DNA of 64,000 nt, taken from assembly GCA_947627675.1 (NCBI GenBank), contig CANQWY010000001.1, forward strand, positions 5,334-69,333, written 5' to 3'. The notes under the pieces were generated by a model. It did not search any database. It was not told the origin of the DNA and worked only from the letters and a program-made list of their open reading frames with translations. This DNA is from an uncultured Bacilli bacterium. Lineage in GTDB: Bacteria > Bacillota_I > Bacilli_A > RF39 > UBA660. Below, piece by piece: positions 54,704 through 64,000 of this stretch (its first letter is position 1; every line of letters starts with the position of its first letter). The translations under genes and the position numbers were made by a program.

Positions 54704-56614
54704 TTATTCTACTTTATAATCATCTTCTAATGAAAATTCAACATTTTCTTCAATCCATTCTTTACGAGGAGCAACCTCATCTCCCATTAGAACACTTACT
54801 CTTTTTTCTGCTAATTGAGCATCCTCTATATTTACTCTAATCAAAGTTCTAGTACCTGGTTTCATTGTTGTCTCACAAAGTTGATCTGCATTCATTTCAC
54901 CAAGTCCTTTATATCTTTGTACTTCACATTTTTTGCCTTTTACTTTTTCTTGCATTTCCTCAATAGTATATGCATATTCTACTTCTTTATTTTTACCATA
55001 ATCAATTTTAAAAAGAGGAGGTAATGCAATGTATAATCTGCCATCTTCTATTAATGGCCTCATAAAACGATAGAAAAATGTTAAAAGTAAGCACTGTATA
55101 TGGCCTCCATCTTCATCTGCATCACTCATTATAATTACTTTATTATATTCACAATCTTTAATATCAAAACTTGCCCCACAACCAGCACCAATAGTATAAA
55201 TCATTGTATTTATTTCTTCATTTTTTAAAATATCATCCATTTTAGCTTTTTCTGTATTTATTACTTTACCTCGTAAAGGAAGAATTGCTTGGTATTTTCT
55301 ATCTCTACCTTGTTTTGCAGAACCGCCTGCTGAATCTCCTTCTACCAAAAATAATTCTTTTTTATTTTTGTCTTTCGATTGAGCTGGAGTAAGCTTTCCA
55401 GATAGAGCTTTTTCTTTAGGGCTATTTTTCTTCCCTTTTCTAGCCTCTTCTCTGGCTTTTCTGGCAGCTTCTCTGGCTACTTTACTTTTTAACGATTTAT
55501 TAATAATTTCTGTTGCAATTATCTTATTTTCTTCTAAAAATAGTTTTAATTGTTCACTTGTAATAGCATCAACTACATTTCTTGCCTCTGGAGTACCCAA
55601 TTTTGATTTTGTTTGACCCTCAAACTGTAATAAATCTTCTGGTATTTTCAATGAAATTACAGCTGTTAAGCCTTCTCTTACATCACTGCCATCAAGAGAT
55701 GTATCTTTACTCTTTAAATATCCATTATTTTTGGCATATTCATTAAAGACTCTAGTTAAGGCTGTTTTAAAGCCAACTTCATGTGAACCACCATCAATAG
55801 TTTTTACATTATTTACAAATGATACTATAGTTTCACTATAAGTATCAGTATATTGCATTGCTATTTCAACTTCAATTCTTTCTTTATTCCCAGCTAAATT
55901 AAGAACTTTATTAATAGTATTTTTCCCCTTATTTAAATATTCAACAAATTCTTCTACCCCACGTTCATAACAAAATTTAGACTGTCTTTTTGAGTCTTCA
56001 TCTATAACTTCTATAGTAAGTCCTTTAATTAAAAAAGCTGCTTCTTGCATTCTTTCACAAATCGTTGTATATGATATATTCGTTGATTGAAAAATTTCGC
56101 TGTCTGGTAAAAACCTTATAGTTGTACCAGTCCTGTTTGTAGTACCGATTTTTTTTAGAGGAACTGTAACATTGCCACCATTCTCGCATCGCATATAATA
56201 TATGCCTTTATCACGATAAATAGTAGCTTCTAAATATTTAGATAGTGCATTAACAACACTTGAACCTACTCCATGTAAGCCTCCTGAAACTTTATAACCA
56301 TCGTTTTCAAATTTACCACCTGCATGAAGTATAGTCAAAATAACTTCAGGAGTAGGCTTACCAGATGAATGCATACCAACAGGCATACCACGTCCATGAT
56401 CTTCTACGCTTATTGACTTATCGTTATGAATAGTTATTTTTATATAGTTACCAAAACCATTTATTGATTCATCAATGGAATTATCAACTATTTCCCAAAC
56501 TAAGTGATGCAATCCTCTTTTATCGGTTGAGCCAATATACATACCAGGTCTTTTTCTAACTGCCTCTAGGCCTTCTAATATTTTTATAGACTCATCATCA
56601 TATTTTAATGCCAC
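54704..56614 (-). CDS. parE: DNA topoisomerase IV subunit B
   Basis: GHKL ATPase and Toprim domains, EGDSAGGSAKQGRDR, and a PLRGKVIN motif. It is paired with parC. Confidence 0.8.
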   Translation of the reverse strand: MALKYDDESIKILEGLEAVRKRPGMYIGSTDKRGLHHLVWEIVDNSIDESINGFGNYIKITIHNDKSISVEDHGRGMPVGMHSSGKPTPEVILTILHAGGKFENDGYKVSGGLHGVGSSVVNALSKYLEATIYRDKGIYYMRCENGGNVTVPLKKIGTTNRTGTTIRFLPDSEIFQSTNISYTTICERMQEAAFLIKGLTIEVIDEDSKRQSKFCYERGVEEFVEYLNKGKNTINKVLNLAGNKERIEVEIAMQYTDTYSETIVSFVNNVKTIDGGSHEVGFKTALTRVFNEYAKNNGYLKSKDTSLDGSDVREGLTAVISLKIPEDLLQFEGQTKSKLGTPEARNVVDAITSEQLKLFLEENKIIATEIINKSLKSKVAREAARKAREEARKGKKNSPKEKALSGKLTPAQSKDKNKKELFLVEGDSAGGSAKQGRDRKYQAILPLRGKVINTEKAKMDDILKNEEINTMIYTIGAGCGASFDIKDCEYNKVIIMSDADEDGGHIQCLLLTFFYRFMRPLIEDGRLYIALPPLFKIDYGKNKEVEYAYTIEEMQEKVKGKKCEVQRYKGLGEMNADQLCETTMKPGTRTLIRVNIEDAQLAEKRVSVLMGDEVAPRKEWIEENVEFSLEDDYKVE

Positions 56615-56707
56615 TTTTATTCCTCCTATCTATTTTAATTATATATTAAAAATTAGTAAAATTAATTATTTTTACATTTTTTTACATATTAATAATCCTA
56701 ATAATAC

Positions 56708-56938
56708 TTAATAATTTTTAATATAGTCCTCTAATAATTTATAATTAACGTTTAAAATTTTATTAACAATATCTGAAAGAGTTAGTTTATACGCATTTTT
56801 AAAGAAATTTTCAATTAAAAATTGCCAAAGTTCATATTCAGTAATACTAATATTAAAATAACTTAATTCTTTTTTCTTGATTTTCAACGCAATCCATATT
56901 TTTTCATATAATTCTTCTTTTGTATTAAATTTTTTCAT
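56708..56938 (-). CDS. Small hypothetical protein (76 aa)
   Basis: An ORF with a plausible context between xerC and parE. No motif recognised. Confidence 0.3.
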   Translation of the reverse strand: MKKFNTKEELYEKIWIALKIKKKELSYFNISITEYELWQFLIENFFKNAYKLTLSDIVNKILNVNYKLLEDYIKNY

Positions 56939-56944
56939 AATAAC

Positions 56945-57838
56945 CTACTTATTCATTTTTGCTCTTTTAAATTTATTATAATAAACTTCTTTTAAATGTT
57001 CTGTTGTAACATGAGTATATATTTGAGTAGCTGATATCGATTCATGCCCTAATAGCTTTTGAACACTTAAAATATCACATCCCTCATTTAAAAGATGAGT
57101 CGCAAAAGAATGCCTAAGCATATGAGGAGAAATATTTTTAGTTATAGTTGTCTTTTTTATAATTCTATTTAAAATATCTCTTACTCCTCTTTCAGTTAAT
57201 TTTGTTCTTTTATTATTTATAAATAAATATTCTAAATTATTAACATTTATTTTCTTATAACCATCTTTTAAATATATATCTAGTATATCTTCAGCATATT
57301 CTCCATAATGGGCAATTCGCTCTTTGTTTCCTTTTCCTAATACTACTATAGTTCTTTCACTTCTATTTATATCTTTTACTTTTATATTTACTAATTCACC
57401 TACACGCAATCCTGTTGCATAAAGCATTTCTAATATTAATGAATCCCTTTGGCCAAAACTAGTTCCAACATCTGGAGTTTTAAATAATTCTTCCAATTCA
57501 TTATATTCAAAATATCTAGGTAACAGCTTTTCTTTTTTGGGTCCTGATACATAATTAAATGGATTTTTCTCTATCATATTATTAACAATTAAATAATTGT
57601 AAAATGTTCTTAAAGCTGATAAATTCCTACAAATAGATGAATTCTTTTCTTTTTTATTCTCTTTTAAATACATTAAATAAAACCTAATATCGGAATATTC
57701 TAGTTTTAAATAATCTAACCCTTCTCTTTTTAAATATTCTAAATAAGTATTTAAATCTTTTTCATAACTTATAATTGTATATTTAGAATAATTTCTTTGG
57801 TATGTTAAATAATCAATAAAATCATCTACTTGCGCCAT
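56945..57838 (-). CDS. xerC: Site-specific tyrosine recombinase XerC
   Basis: HMLRHSFATHLLNEGCDILSVQKLLGHESISATQIYTH catalytic region and position near topA. Confidence 0.7.
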   Translation of the reverse strand: MAQVDDFIDYLTYQRNYSKYTIISYEKDLNTYLEYLKREGLDYLKLEYSDIRFYLMYLKENKKEKNSSICRNLSALRTFYNYLIVNNMIEKNPFNYVSGPKKEKLLPRYFEYNELEELFKTPDVGTSFGQRDSLILEMLYATGLRVGELVNIKVKDINRSERTIVVLGKGNKERIAHYGEYAEDILDIYLKDGYKKINVNNLEYLFINNKRTKLTERGVRDILNRIIKKTTITKNISPHMLRHSFATHLLNEGCDILSVQKLLGHESISATQIYTHVTTEHLKEVYYNKFKRAKMNK

Positions 57839-58620
57839 ACTTTTTCACCATCATTATAATAATCTAGAAAATAATCGCCCATTCCATGATATTCATCTTT
57901 TCTAGCCTTTTTACTTATTTTTTTTGAATTATTATTTTTATTACTTACATGATATTTTTTTTGTGATGAAATATTATCACTTATTAATAAATTATTTATA
58001 TATCGTTTTTGTTTTTTCATTAAGTCATATACTATTCTTATTCGATAATAGTTTACTTCTTGATTTTCATCATATTTTTTTGATAACTCTTCTTTTAAAA
58101 TTTTTATTAATTTTAAATAATGTTTTTTTGTATTTGGAACTATTCCATAATTTAATATTAAATTTTTTGACTGTCCTATTTTATTATAAACATAGTTATA
58201 CTCAGTTCCTAGGAAAAAGTCACATTCTTTATATATTTTTAATATTAAATTTTTATCTTCACATTTTTTAAGTTCTTCTTCTATTTTATTTATAATATAT
58301 AAAGTATTAGTTATGTCTTGATCACTTTGATATAAGACACTTAAATTATTAAATTTATTTTCTCTATCATAACATATGATTTCTAAATTGCCTATTTTAT
58401 CCTCTGCTTTTTTTATACTTTCTCTATATTTAGAGTATCTGAAATAAAATTCATTTACTTTTCCTATAAATTGATCAGAAGTAAGAAGAGCTGTTTTGTT
58501 TAAATATCTTAAAGTTATATTATCTACTTCTTGTAGCTCTACTTCTTTAAGCAAATCTATATAAATATCTTTTGAATATGAAAGTCTTAAATTTACTAGC
58601 ATATTACTACCTGCTTTCAA
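57826..58620 (-). CDS. Hypothetical protein (264 aa) in the slot usually occupied by trmFO
   Basis: An ORF with a 13-nt overlap with xerC. No recognised domain. Lys/Asn-rich C-terminus. Confidence 0.4.
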   Translation of the reverse strand: MKAGSNMLVNLRLSYSKDIYIDLLKEVELQEVDNITLRYLNKTALLTSDQFIGKVNEFYFRYSKYRESIKKAEDKIGNLEIICYDRENKFNNLSVLYQSDQDITNTLYIINKIEEELKKCEDKNLILKIYKECDFFLGTEYNYVYNKIGQSKNLILNYGIVPNTKKHYLKLIKILKEELSKKYDENQEVNYYRIRIVYDLMKKQKRYINNLLISDNISSQKKYHVSNKNNNSKKISKKARKDEYHGMGDYFLDYYNDGEKVWRK

Positions 58621-58628
58621 AATATAAT

Positions 58629-60662
58629 TTATTCATCTTTTGTATAATCACATTTACTACATTTTACTTTATTATTATGCTCTACTAAATAACTATCACA
58701 TAAAGGGCATTTTTCTGGCAGTGGTTTATCCCATGATGCAAATTTACATTTAGGATAATTATTACATCCATAAAATAATTTACCTTTTCTTGTCTTTTTT
58801 TCCACTACTATTCCGTCACATTCAGGGCAAGGCATTACCTCTTCTAATTTTTTTTCTTCTTTTTTTATGTATTTGCACTCTGGATAATTAGAACATGCTA
58901 CAAATTCACCATATTTACCTTTTCTAATTACTAGCTTATTTCCGCATTCTGGACAAATTTCTCCTGTTTCCGTTGGAGCCTTCTTCTCCATATCTTGAAA
59001 GGCCTCTTTAACTCTTGGTTCAAATAAACTATAAAATTCTCCTAATACCTTGTTCCAAATTAAATCTCCATCAGCAATTTTATCTAAATCATTTTCCATA
59101 TCTGCTGTATATTTTACATTAATTAAATCTGAGAAAAATTCCTGTAATTTATCCGTTGTTTCAATTCCAACCTCTGTTGGAATAAATTTTTTCTCACTTA
59201 CTTCAACATAGTTTCTTTCCTTTAAAGTATCTATTATTTTAGCATAAGTGGATGGTCGTCCTATTCCCAACTCTTCCATTTCTTGAATTAATTTTGCTTC
59301 ACTATATCTAGCAGGTGGTTTTGTAAAATGCTGCTCTTTTAGTATTTCTTCAGTGTTATAGCTTTCATTTTCGCTTATATCCGGCAAAATTTTATCTTCA
59401 CTTGTTTCATACTTTTCGTATACTTTTAAATATCCAGGGAATACTAAAGTTTGGCCTGTAACTTTAAATTTATATCCATTATTATCTAGTATTATTGTTG
59501 TTTTATCAACTTTTGCAGGACTCATAAGAGATGCTAAAGTTCTAATATATATTAAACTATATAGTTTATACTCATCATTTGTTAAAAACTCTTTAACCTC
59601 TTCTGGAGTTCTGTTTATACTAGTAGGTCTAATAGCTTCATGAGCATCTTGAACATTATCTGTTTTCTTACTTTTCTTTATATAGCCAATATATTCCTTG
59701 CCATAATTTTTTTCTATATATTTAAATGCACTTTTAGTATATTCATCACTCAATCTATATGAGTCAGTACGCATATAGGTAATAAGACCAACAGTTTCAT
59801 TTTTTAAATCTATTCCTTCATATAGTTTTTGAGCTATTGACATAGTTTTTTTTGCAGGAAAATTTAATTTATTTGAAGCTTCTTGCTGCAAAGTACTAGT
59901 TATAAATGGAAACTTACTATTTTTAGATTGATTCTTTTTAGTGATGTTTTCAACTAAAAATTCTTTAGAAAGTTTTTTTAATATTTCATCTGCTTCTATT
60001 TCATTTTTTATCTCAATATCTTCTTTTTGATATTTAAAAAGCTCAGCGCTAAATTCTGGCTTTTTAAAATTAGCGGTAATAGTCCAATATTCTTCTTTCT
60101 GAAATTTTTCAATTTCACGTTCTCTATCAACAATTAATTTTAAAGCAACGCTTTGAACACGTCCAGCAGATTTTGCTCCTGTTTTAGATTGTAATAATTT
60201 ACTAAGTCTAAAACCAATAATACGATCTAATATTCTCCTTGTTTCCTGACTTCTAACTAAATTTTCATCTATAATAGTTGGTTTTTTTATAGCTTCCAGA
60301 ACCTTATCATGAGTAATTTCATTAAATAAAACTCTTTTATAATGATCTTCTTTAATATTCAAAGCATCTTTTAAATGCCATGCAATTGCTTCTCCTTCAC
60401 GGTCTGGGTCTGATGCTAAATACACCATTTTGCTTTCATCTACATCTTTTTTTAATTCCTTTATTAATTTATTTTTCCCTTTTACATTAATATATGTTGG
60501 TATAAATCCATTATCTACATCAACACCTAGACCATATTTACCACTCGTAGCAAGATCTCTAATATGACCAACACTAGATACTACTTTATAATCATTGCCT
60601 AAATATTTTCCAATAGTTTTACTTTTACTGGGGCTTTCTACAATAACTAAATTTTTTTTCAT
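58629..60662 (-). CDS. topA: DNA topoisomerase I
   Basis: N-terminal Toprim LVIVESPSKSKTIGKYLG, catalytic Tyr region, and C-terminal C4 zinc ribbons (CPECGNKL...C..C). Confidence 0.95.
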   Translation of the reverse strand: MKKNLVIVESPSKSKTIGKYLGNDYKVVSSVGHIRDLATSGKYGLGVDVDNGFIPTYINVKGKNKLIKELKKDVDESKMVYLASDPDREGEAIAWHLKDALNIKEDHYKRVLFNEITHDKVLEAIKKPTIIDENLVRSQETRRILDRIIGFRLSKLLQSKTGAKSAGRVQSVALKLIVDREREIEKFQKEEYWTITANFKKPEFSAELFKYQKEDIEIKNEIEADEILKKLSKEFLVENITKKNQSKNSKFPFITSTLQQEASNKLNFPAKKTMSIAQKLYEGIDLKNETVGLITYMRTDSYRLSDEYTKSAFKYIEKNYGKEYIGYIKKSKKTDNVQDAHEAIRPTSINRTPEEVKEFLTNDEYKLYSLIYIRTLASLMSPAKVDKTTIILDNNGYKFKVTGQTLVFPGYLKVYEKYETSEDKILPDISENESYNTEEILKEQHFTKPPARYSEAKLIQEMEELGIGRPSTYAKIIDTLKERNYVEVSEKKFIPTEVGIETTDKLQEFFSDLINVKYTADMENDLDKIADGDLIWNKVLGEFYSLFEPRVKEAFQDMEKKAPTETGEICPECGNKLVIRKGKYGEFVACSNYPECKYIKKEEKKLEEVMPCPECDGIVVEKKTRKGKLFYGCNNYPKCKFASWDKPLPEKCPLCDSYLVEHNNKVKCSKCDYTKDE

Positions 60663-60725
60663 ATAACTCTCCTCATTAATATTTTTATATTATTAATAAA
60701 ATAAATGCAACCACCTTTATTAATA

Positions 60726-61385
60726 TTATAAGGATATTTTTTTAATTTTTGTATTTTTTTTACCTATATAATCACTAACTGGTTTATAACTTCTCCTATG
60801 TTCTTTTATAATACCATATTTATTAATAGCTTCAATATGTTTTTTAGTTGGATATCCTTTATTGTTTTTAAAATCATACATAGGGTATTTTTTATCTAAT
60901 TTGTAAAGCATAGCATCTCTTGTTACTTTCGCTATCACACTAGCAGCTGCTATTGTTATACTTTTTAAATCACCCTTTATAATTGATGTAGTTGGTATAT
61001 CGATATCTAATGGCATAGCATCTATTAAAATATGTTCTGGCTTTATTTTGCAATTATTAATGGCATCAATCATCGCTAATTTAGTTGCCTCATATATATT
61101 TACTTCATCAATTTTCTTTTCATCAATTATTCCAATTCCAATAGCAAGTGCTTGATCATAAATTTTTTCATAAAACAAATTTCTCTTTTTTTCACTAAGT
61201 TTTTTAGAATCCGTTAACCCAGATAATGAAAATTTTTCTGGCAAAATTACACAAGCTGCAACAACTGGTCCAACTAGGGGCCCTCTTCCAACTTCATCTA
61301 CACCTGCTATTAAATTAATATTTTTATTTCTTAATTCTCTTTCATAATAATAGTTGTCAATATTTTCAATATCAGATTTTTTCAT
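60726..61385 (-). CDS. rnhB: Ribonuclease HII
   Basis: GVDEVGRGPLVGPVV catalytic motif. 219 aa. Confidence 0.9.
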   Translation of the reverse strand: MKKSDIENIDNYYYERELRNKNINLIAGVDEVGRGPLVGPVVAACVILPEKFSLSGLTDSKKLSEKKRNLFYEKIYDQALAIGIGIIDEKKIDEVNIYEATKLAMIDAINNCKIKPEHILIDAMPLDIDIPTTSIIKGDLKSITIAAASVIAKVTRDAMLYKLDKKYPMYDFKNNKGYPTKKHIEAINKYGIIKEHRRSYKPVSDYIGKKNTKIKKISL

Positions 61386-61478
61386 ATTAACTCACCTACT
61401 ATAGTATATATCGATATTTTATTTAATTGCAAGAAAAAAAGACAAGAAAAATTTACGGATTAACTCTCTAATCTTTTT

Positions 61479-62369
61479 TTACTTTAGTCTATCAAAAGTA
61501 ATTTTTCCTAGTTTACCAGATTGTAAATCACTTATAATAATTTTACTAACTTTTTCATAATCTGGTAAACCTCCTCTTTTTAATGCCCCTCTTTTTTTAG
61601 CAATTTGATTATATTCATCTACTAAGTCTTCACTTAAACTTGTTATATCATATCTTTCCTTTAGATTGCCCTTATATAGCTTAAACATTATTCTAAGAAT
61701 AAAATTACTTATTTCATAAGAATTCACTACCTCTTCTTTAATTGAGGATAGAGAGGCTAATATTTTTGCTTCTTCTTGTGATTCAATTTTTGGCCATAAT
61801 ATTCCAGGAGAATCTAATAATTCTATATTTTTATCAATTTTAATCCAATTTAATTGCTTAGTAAAACCGGGCTTACTTGCAACACCAGCTTTGGCTTTCC
61901 CAGCGATTTTATTTATAAGTGTTGATTTACCAGCATTTGGTACTCCTATTACTAATACTCTAATATTTCTTCTTTGCAATCCTTTTTCTTTTTGCTTCAT
62001 AAAGTAATCATTCATTAAATTATTAGTTTCCAATATTATTTTTTTAATATTTGTATTATTTAATTCAGAAGTGATTACTGTATATTTCATATCTTGGTAA
62101 TATTTTATAAACTTGTTAGTTTCTTCTTTGTCACAAAGATCATATTTACTAAAGATAATAATCTTTTTTTTATCTTTAACGATATTATCTATATCTTTTA
62201 TTTTTGATGATACTGGCATTCTAGAATCTACTACTTCATAAATAACATCTATCAAATTAAGTTTTTCCTTTATTTCTCTTTTAGTTCTAGCCATATGCCC
62301 AGGATACCAGTTAATTCCGACTTTAGTTAATTTTTCTTCATTTGACATTTTAATCACTACCTTTTTCAT
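61479..62369 (-). CDS. rbgA: Ribosome biogenesis GTPase A (YlqF/RbgA)
   Basis: Circularly permuted GTPase with INWYPGHMAR, NKxD-like DLCD, and Walker A GVPNAGKST. The true start may be the internal ATG MSNEEK. Confidence 0.85.
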   Translation of the reverse strand: MKKVVIKMSNEEKLTKVGINWYPGHMARTKREIKEKLNLIDVIYEVVDSRMPVSSKIKDIDNIVKDKKKIIIFSKYDLCDKEETNKFIKYYQDMKYTVITSELNNTNIKKIILETNNLMNDYFMKQKEKGLQRRNIRVLVIGVPNAGKSTLINKIAGKAKAGVASKPGFTKQLNWIKIDKNIELLDSPGILWPKIESQEEAKILASLSSIKEEVVNSYEISNFILRIMFKLYKGNLKERYDITSLSEDLVDEYNQIAKKRGALKRGGLPDYEKVSKIIISDLQSGKLGKITFDRLK

Positions 62370-63216
62370 TTAATAATTTAATTTTTTCTGCATTATTTAA
62401 AATATCTAATTGATATTTACATATATCACTTAATATTTCAAATCTTTCTTCTTTTGATTTTCCTTCTTTAATTAACTCAGCATTATGTGATTCTAAATTG
62501 GATAAAACAGTTAATTCATTAATTGTTGCATAATCTCTTACATTTGAATTTTTTGCTAACTCTGGATTTAATTCTCTCCATTTCTTAGCAGTAGTATGAA
62601 ACAGTATTACATTAAGGATATCAGCTTCTTCTGCATATTTTAACCATTCTTTATTTTTATAAAAATCATTATCAGGTAATATGTATTTTTTAATTGCATC
62701 TGTATGAATTAAATAATTATTCTTTGTAAGTATTCTTTTTACATCCCACTCTCTATTTTGATTTTCTAACTCTTTTAATCTTTCAAATTCTTTTATTAAA
62801 TATAATTTAAATACAGGACTTATTGCAGATGCAAATTCAAATGCTATGTCTTTATGTGCATATGTTCCACCATATTTACCACGTTTTGAATATATGCCAA
62901 TAGCATTTGTTTTCTCACACCATTCAGTAACACTTAAAGTAAATGTATGAAGTCCAGCACTTTTTCTAAACCCGTCGAATTCGACGGAATTAAAATTTGG
63001 ATTATAAATAGATTCCCCTGTTCCTAAAAACTCTAGAGTAATTCTATTCCTTAACCAATTTCTAATCACATCATCAGCTTTTGATTTTCCTTCTTTAAAT
63101 TTACCAAAATCAGAAATGCAAATATAATCATTATCATATATATTTGTAACATTTATTTTAATATTTTGGACTTCTAAAATTTTATTAGACATATATTCAC
63201 CTCTAATTTCAATCAA
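62350..63216 (-). CDS. KilA-N domain-containing protein (phage-related)
   Basis: ICISDFGKFKEGKSKADDVIRNWLRNRITLEFLG and GTYAHKDIAFEFASAISPVFKLYLIKEFERLKE are hallmark KilA-N segments. Confidence 0.65.
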   Translation of the reverse strand: MIEIRGEYMSNKILEVQNIKINVTNIYDNDYICISDFGKFKEGKSKADDVIRNWLRNRITLEFLGTGESIYNPNFNSVEFDGFRKSAGLHTFTLSVTEWCEKTNAIGIYSKRGKYGGTYAHKDIAFEFASAISPVFKLYLIKEFERLKELENQNREWDVKRILTKNNYLIHTDAIKKYILPDNDFYKNKEWLKYAEEADILNVILFHTTAKKWRELNPELAKNSNVRDYATINELTVLSNLESHNAELIKEGKSKEERFEILSDICKYQLDILNNAEKIKLLNEKGSD

Positions 63217-63512
63217 ACATATTTGGAATATAACATTTTTTTCAAAAATGTTATAGCATTTAAATTATATATTTTTGTTTTATATTTTTTTCCATCAGAA
63301 GCAGTTACCGAGGAATCCTCGACAACTGAATTTTCATCAAGTTCATTATCCTTAAAAATATTTTTTAAGTGCAATGATATATTGTCAGTAGAGCAATCAA
63401 AAACTTTTGTCATTCCTTTTTGTGTAAGCCATAACGTTTCATCTTTAAATATAGCATCTACTATTATATTTCCATCACTATTTTTATAGATTATTAAATT
63501 ATTGTCATTCAT
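63213..63512 (-). pseudogene. RhuM-family protein, N-terminal fragment only (99 aa; full-length is about 330 aa)
   Basis: IIYKNSDGNIIVDAIFKDETLWLTQKGMTKVFDCSTDNISLHLKNIFKDNELDE ... IYNLNAI matches the conserved N-terminal region of RhuM-family proteins. The ORF then terminates, with a 4-nt overlap into the KilA-N gene. Confidence 0.45.
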
Positions 63513-63736
63513 TTAAAATTTTCCTTCCTTTCAGTTTTTGTTAACTTATGTCGGAACTACCTATTTTTTTCATAATTTATATTTTATTTATTACAACAAA
63601 ATGTAAAAAGTAAATTCATTAAAATCCTCTATTTATAAGCATTTTGTAAATAGTTAACTAAAGTCGGTATATACCAGTTGATATTTGCCTGATTTTGTCG
63701 ATTTTCCATTTAAATCACTTCCTAACTGAATTAATC

Positions 63737-64000
63737 TTATTTCATTTTTTCTAATTCACTTAATGCTTTCGATTTTTTTATAGTTTCATTTGATATCTCA
63801 ATTAAATTATTATCCACAGCAACATAGTGAATTATTTTTATATTGCTTATATCCATAGCTTTTCTTATTTCATTTTCTATGTAGTGTAATTGTACACAAT
63901 GAGGAGATTTGTCTACAGAAGCAAATACTATTTTATCAATATTTGTCCTACAAATCATTCCTATAATTTTAGTTATTACCATATTTATATGAGTTTCTTC
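63737..64000 (-). CDS. Hypothetical protein, C-terminal part; the gene may start beyond the window edge
   Basis: The ORF runs to the window end. No recognised motif. Confidence 0.3.
   Translation of the reverse strand, partial: EETHINMVITKIIGMICRTNIDKIVFASVDKSPHCVQLHYIENEIRKAMDISNIKIIHYVAVDNNLIEISNETIKKSKALSELEKMK

Noticed and set aside
52170-56614. Type II topoisomerase gene pair considered as gyrB-gyrA
   Set aside because: Subunit A has the ParC-type N-terminus (ERFGSYSKYIIQ ... VQRRILYSM), and the pair is not next to dnaA/dnaN/recF. It is called parE-parC, though ParC/GyrA discrimination from sequence alone is not absolute.
62350-63512. KilA-N gene and upstream 99-aa ORF considered as one frameshifted RhuM gene
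   Set aside because: The 288-aa protein carries full KilA-N signatures from its N-terminus, which is a distinct family. The 99-aa ORF matches only the RhuM N-terminal segment, so it is treated as a separate truncated gene.

Overview
The window is an AT-rich (about 25-28% GC) chromosomal segment from a low-GC Gram-positive bacterium (Bacillota) that uses the standard genetic code. Most of it is conserved housekeeping synteny: lepA-hemW, mutS, nusB-xseA-xseB, mnmA, xerD-deoB, rarA, holA-alaS, the hrcA-grpE-dnaK-(pepF)-dnaJ heat-shock cluster, parE-parC, xerC, topA, rnhB-rbgA, plus sporulation-associated genes (spoIVB-like, spoIIM-like, ylbJ/ylbL/ylbD/ylbE-like). Three parts look accessory. (1) At 290-3785 a tightly packed five-gene operon resembles a type VII secretion (WXG100/LXG-type) effector cassette. 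It has two ~100-aa WXG100-like proteins, a helical adaptor-sized protein, a 603-aa protein with a Ser/Asn/Thr-rich linker and a C-terminal Gly/Ala-zipper membrane helix, and a DUF4176-like protein. No T7SS core genes are in view. (2) At 10040-19158 an atypical type IV filament locus is interleaved with housekeeping genes. It has a GspE/PilB-family ATPase with a ~470-aa C-terminal extension of 153-bp tandem repeats plus a 16x ATT (poly-Asn) microsatellite, two translationally coupled class-III-signal pilins, and a 972-aa Cys-rich modular giant pilin. (3) At the 3' end a KilA-N gene and a RhuM-family N-terminal fragment are inserted upstream of rbgA. Regulatory elements supported by the sequence are an Ala-specifier T-box leader upstream of a P-loop kinase-like gene fused to the alaS operon, a CIRCE operator at hrcA, several intrinsic terminators, two sigma-A-like promoters, and a palindrome-rich intergenic region near the ylbD/ylbE genes. 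I recognised no rRNA, tRNA or CRISPR array. Coordinates I derived by hand (regulatory sites, revised starts) may be off by 1-2 nt.
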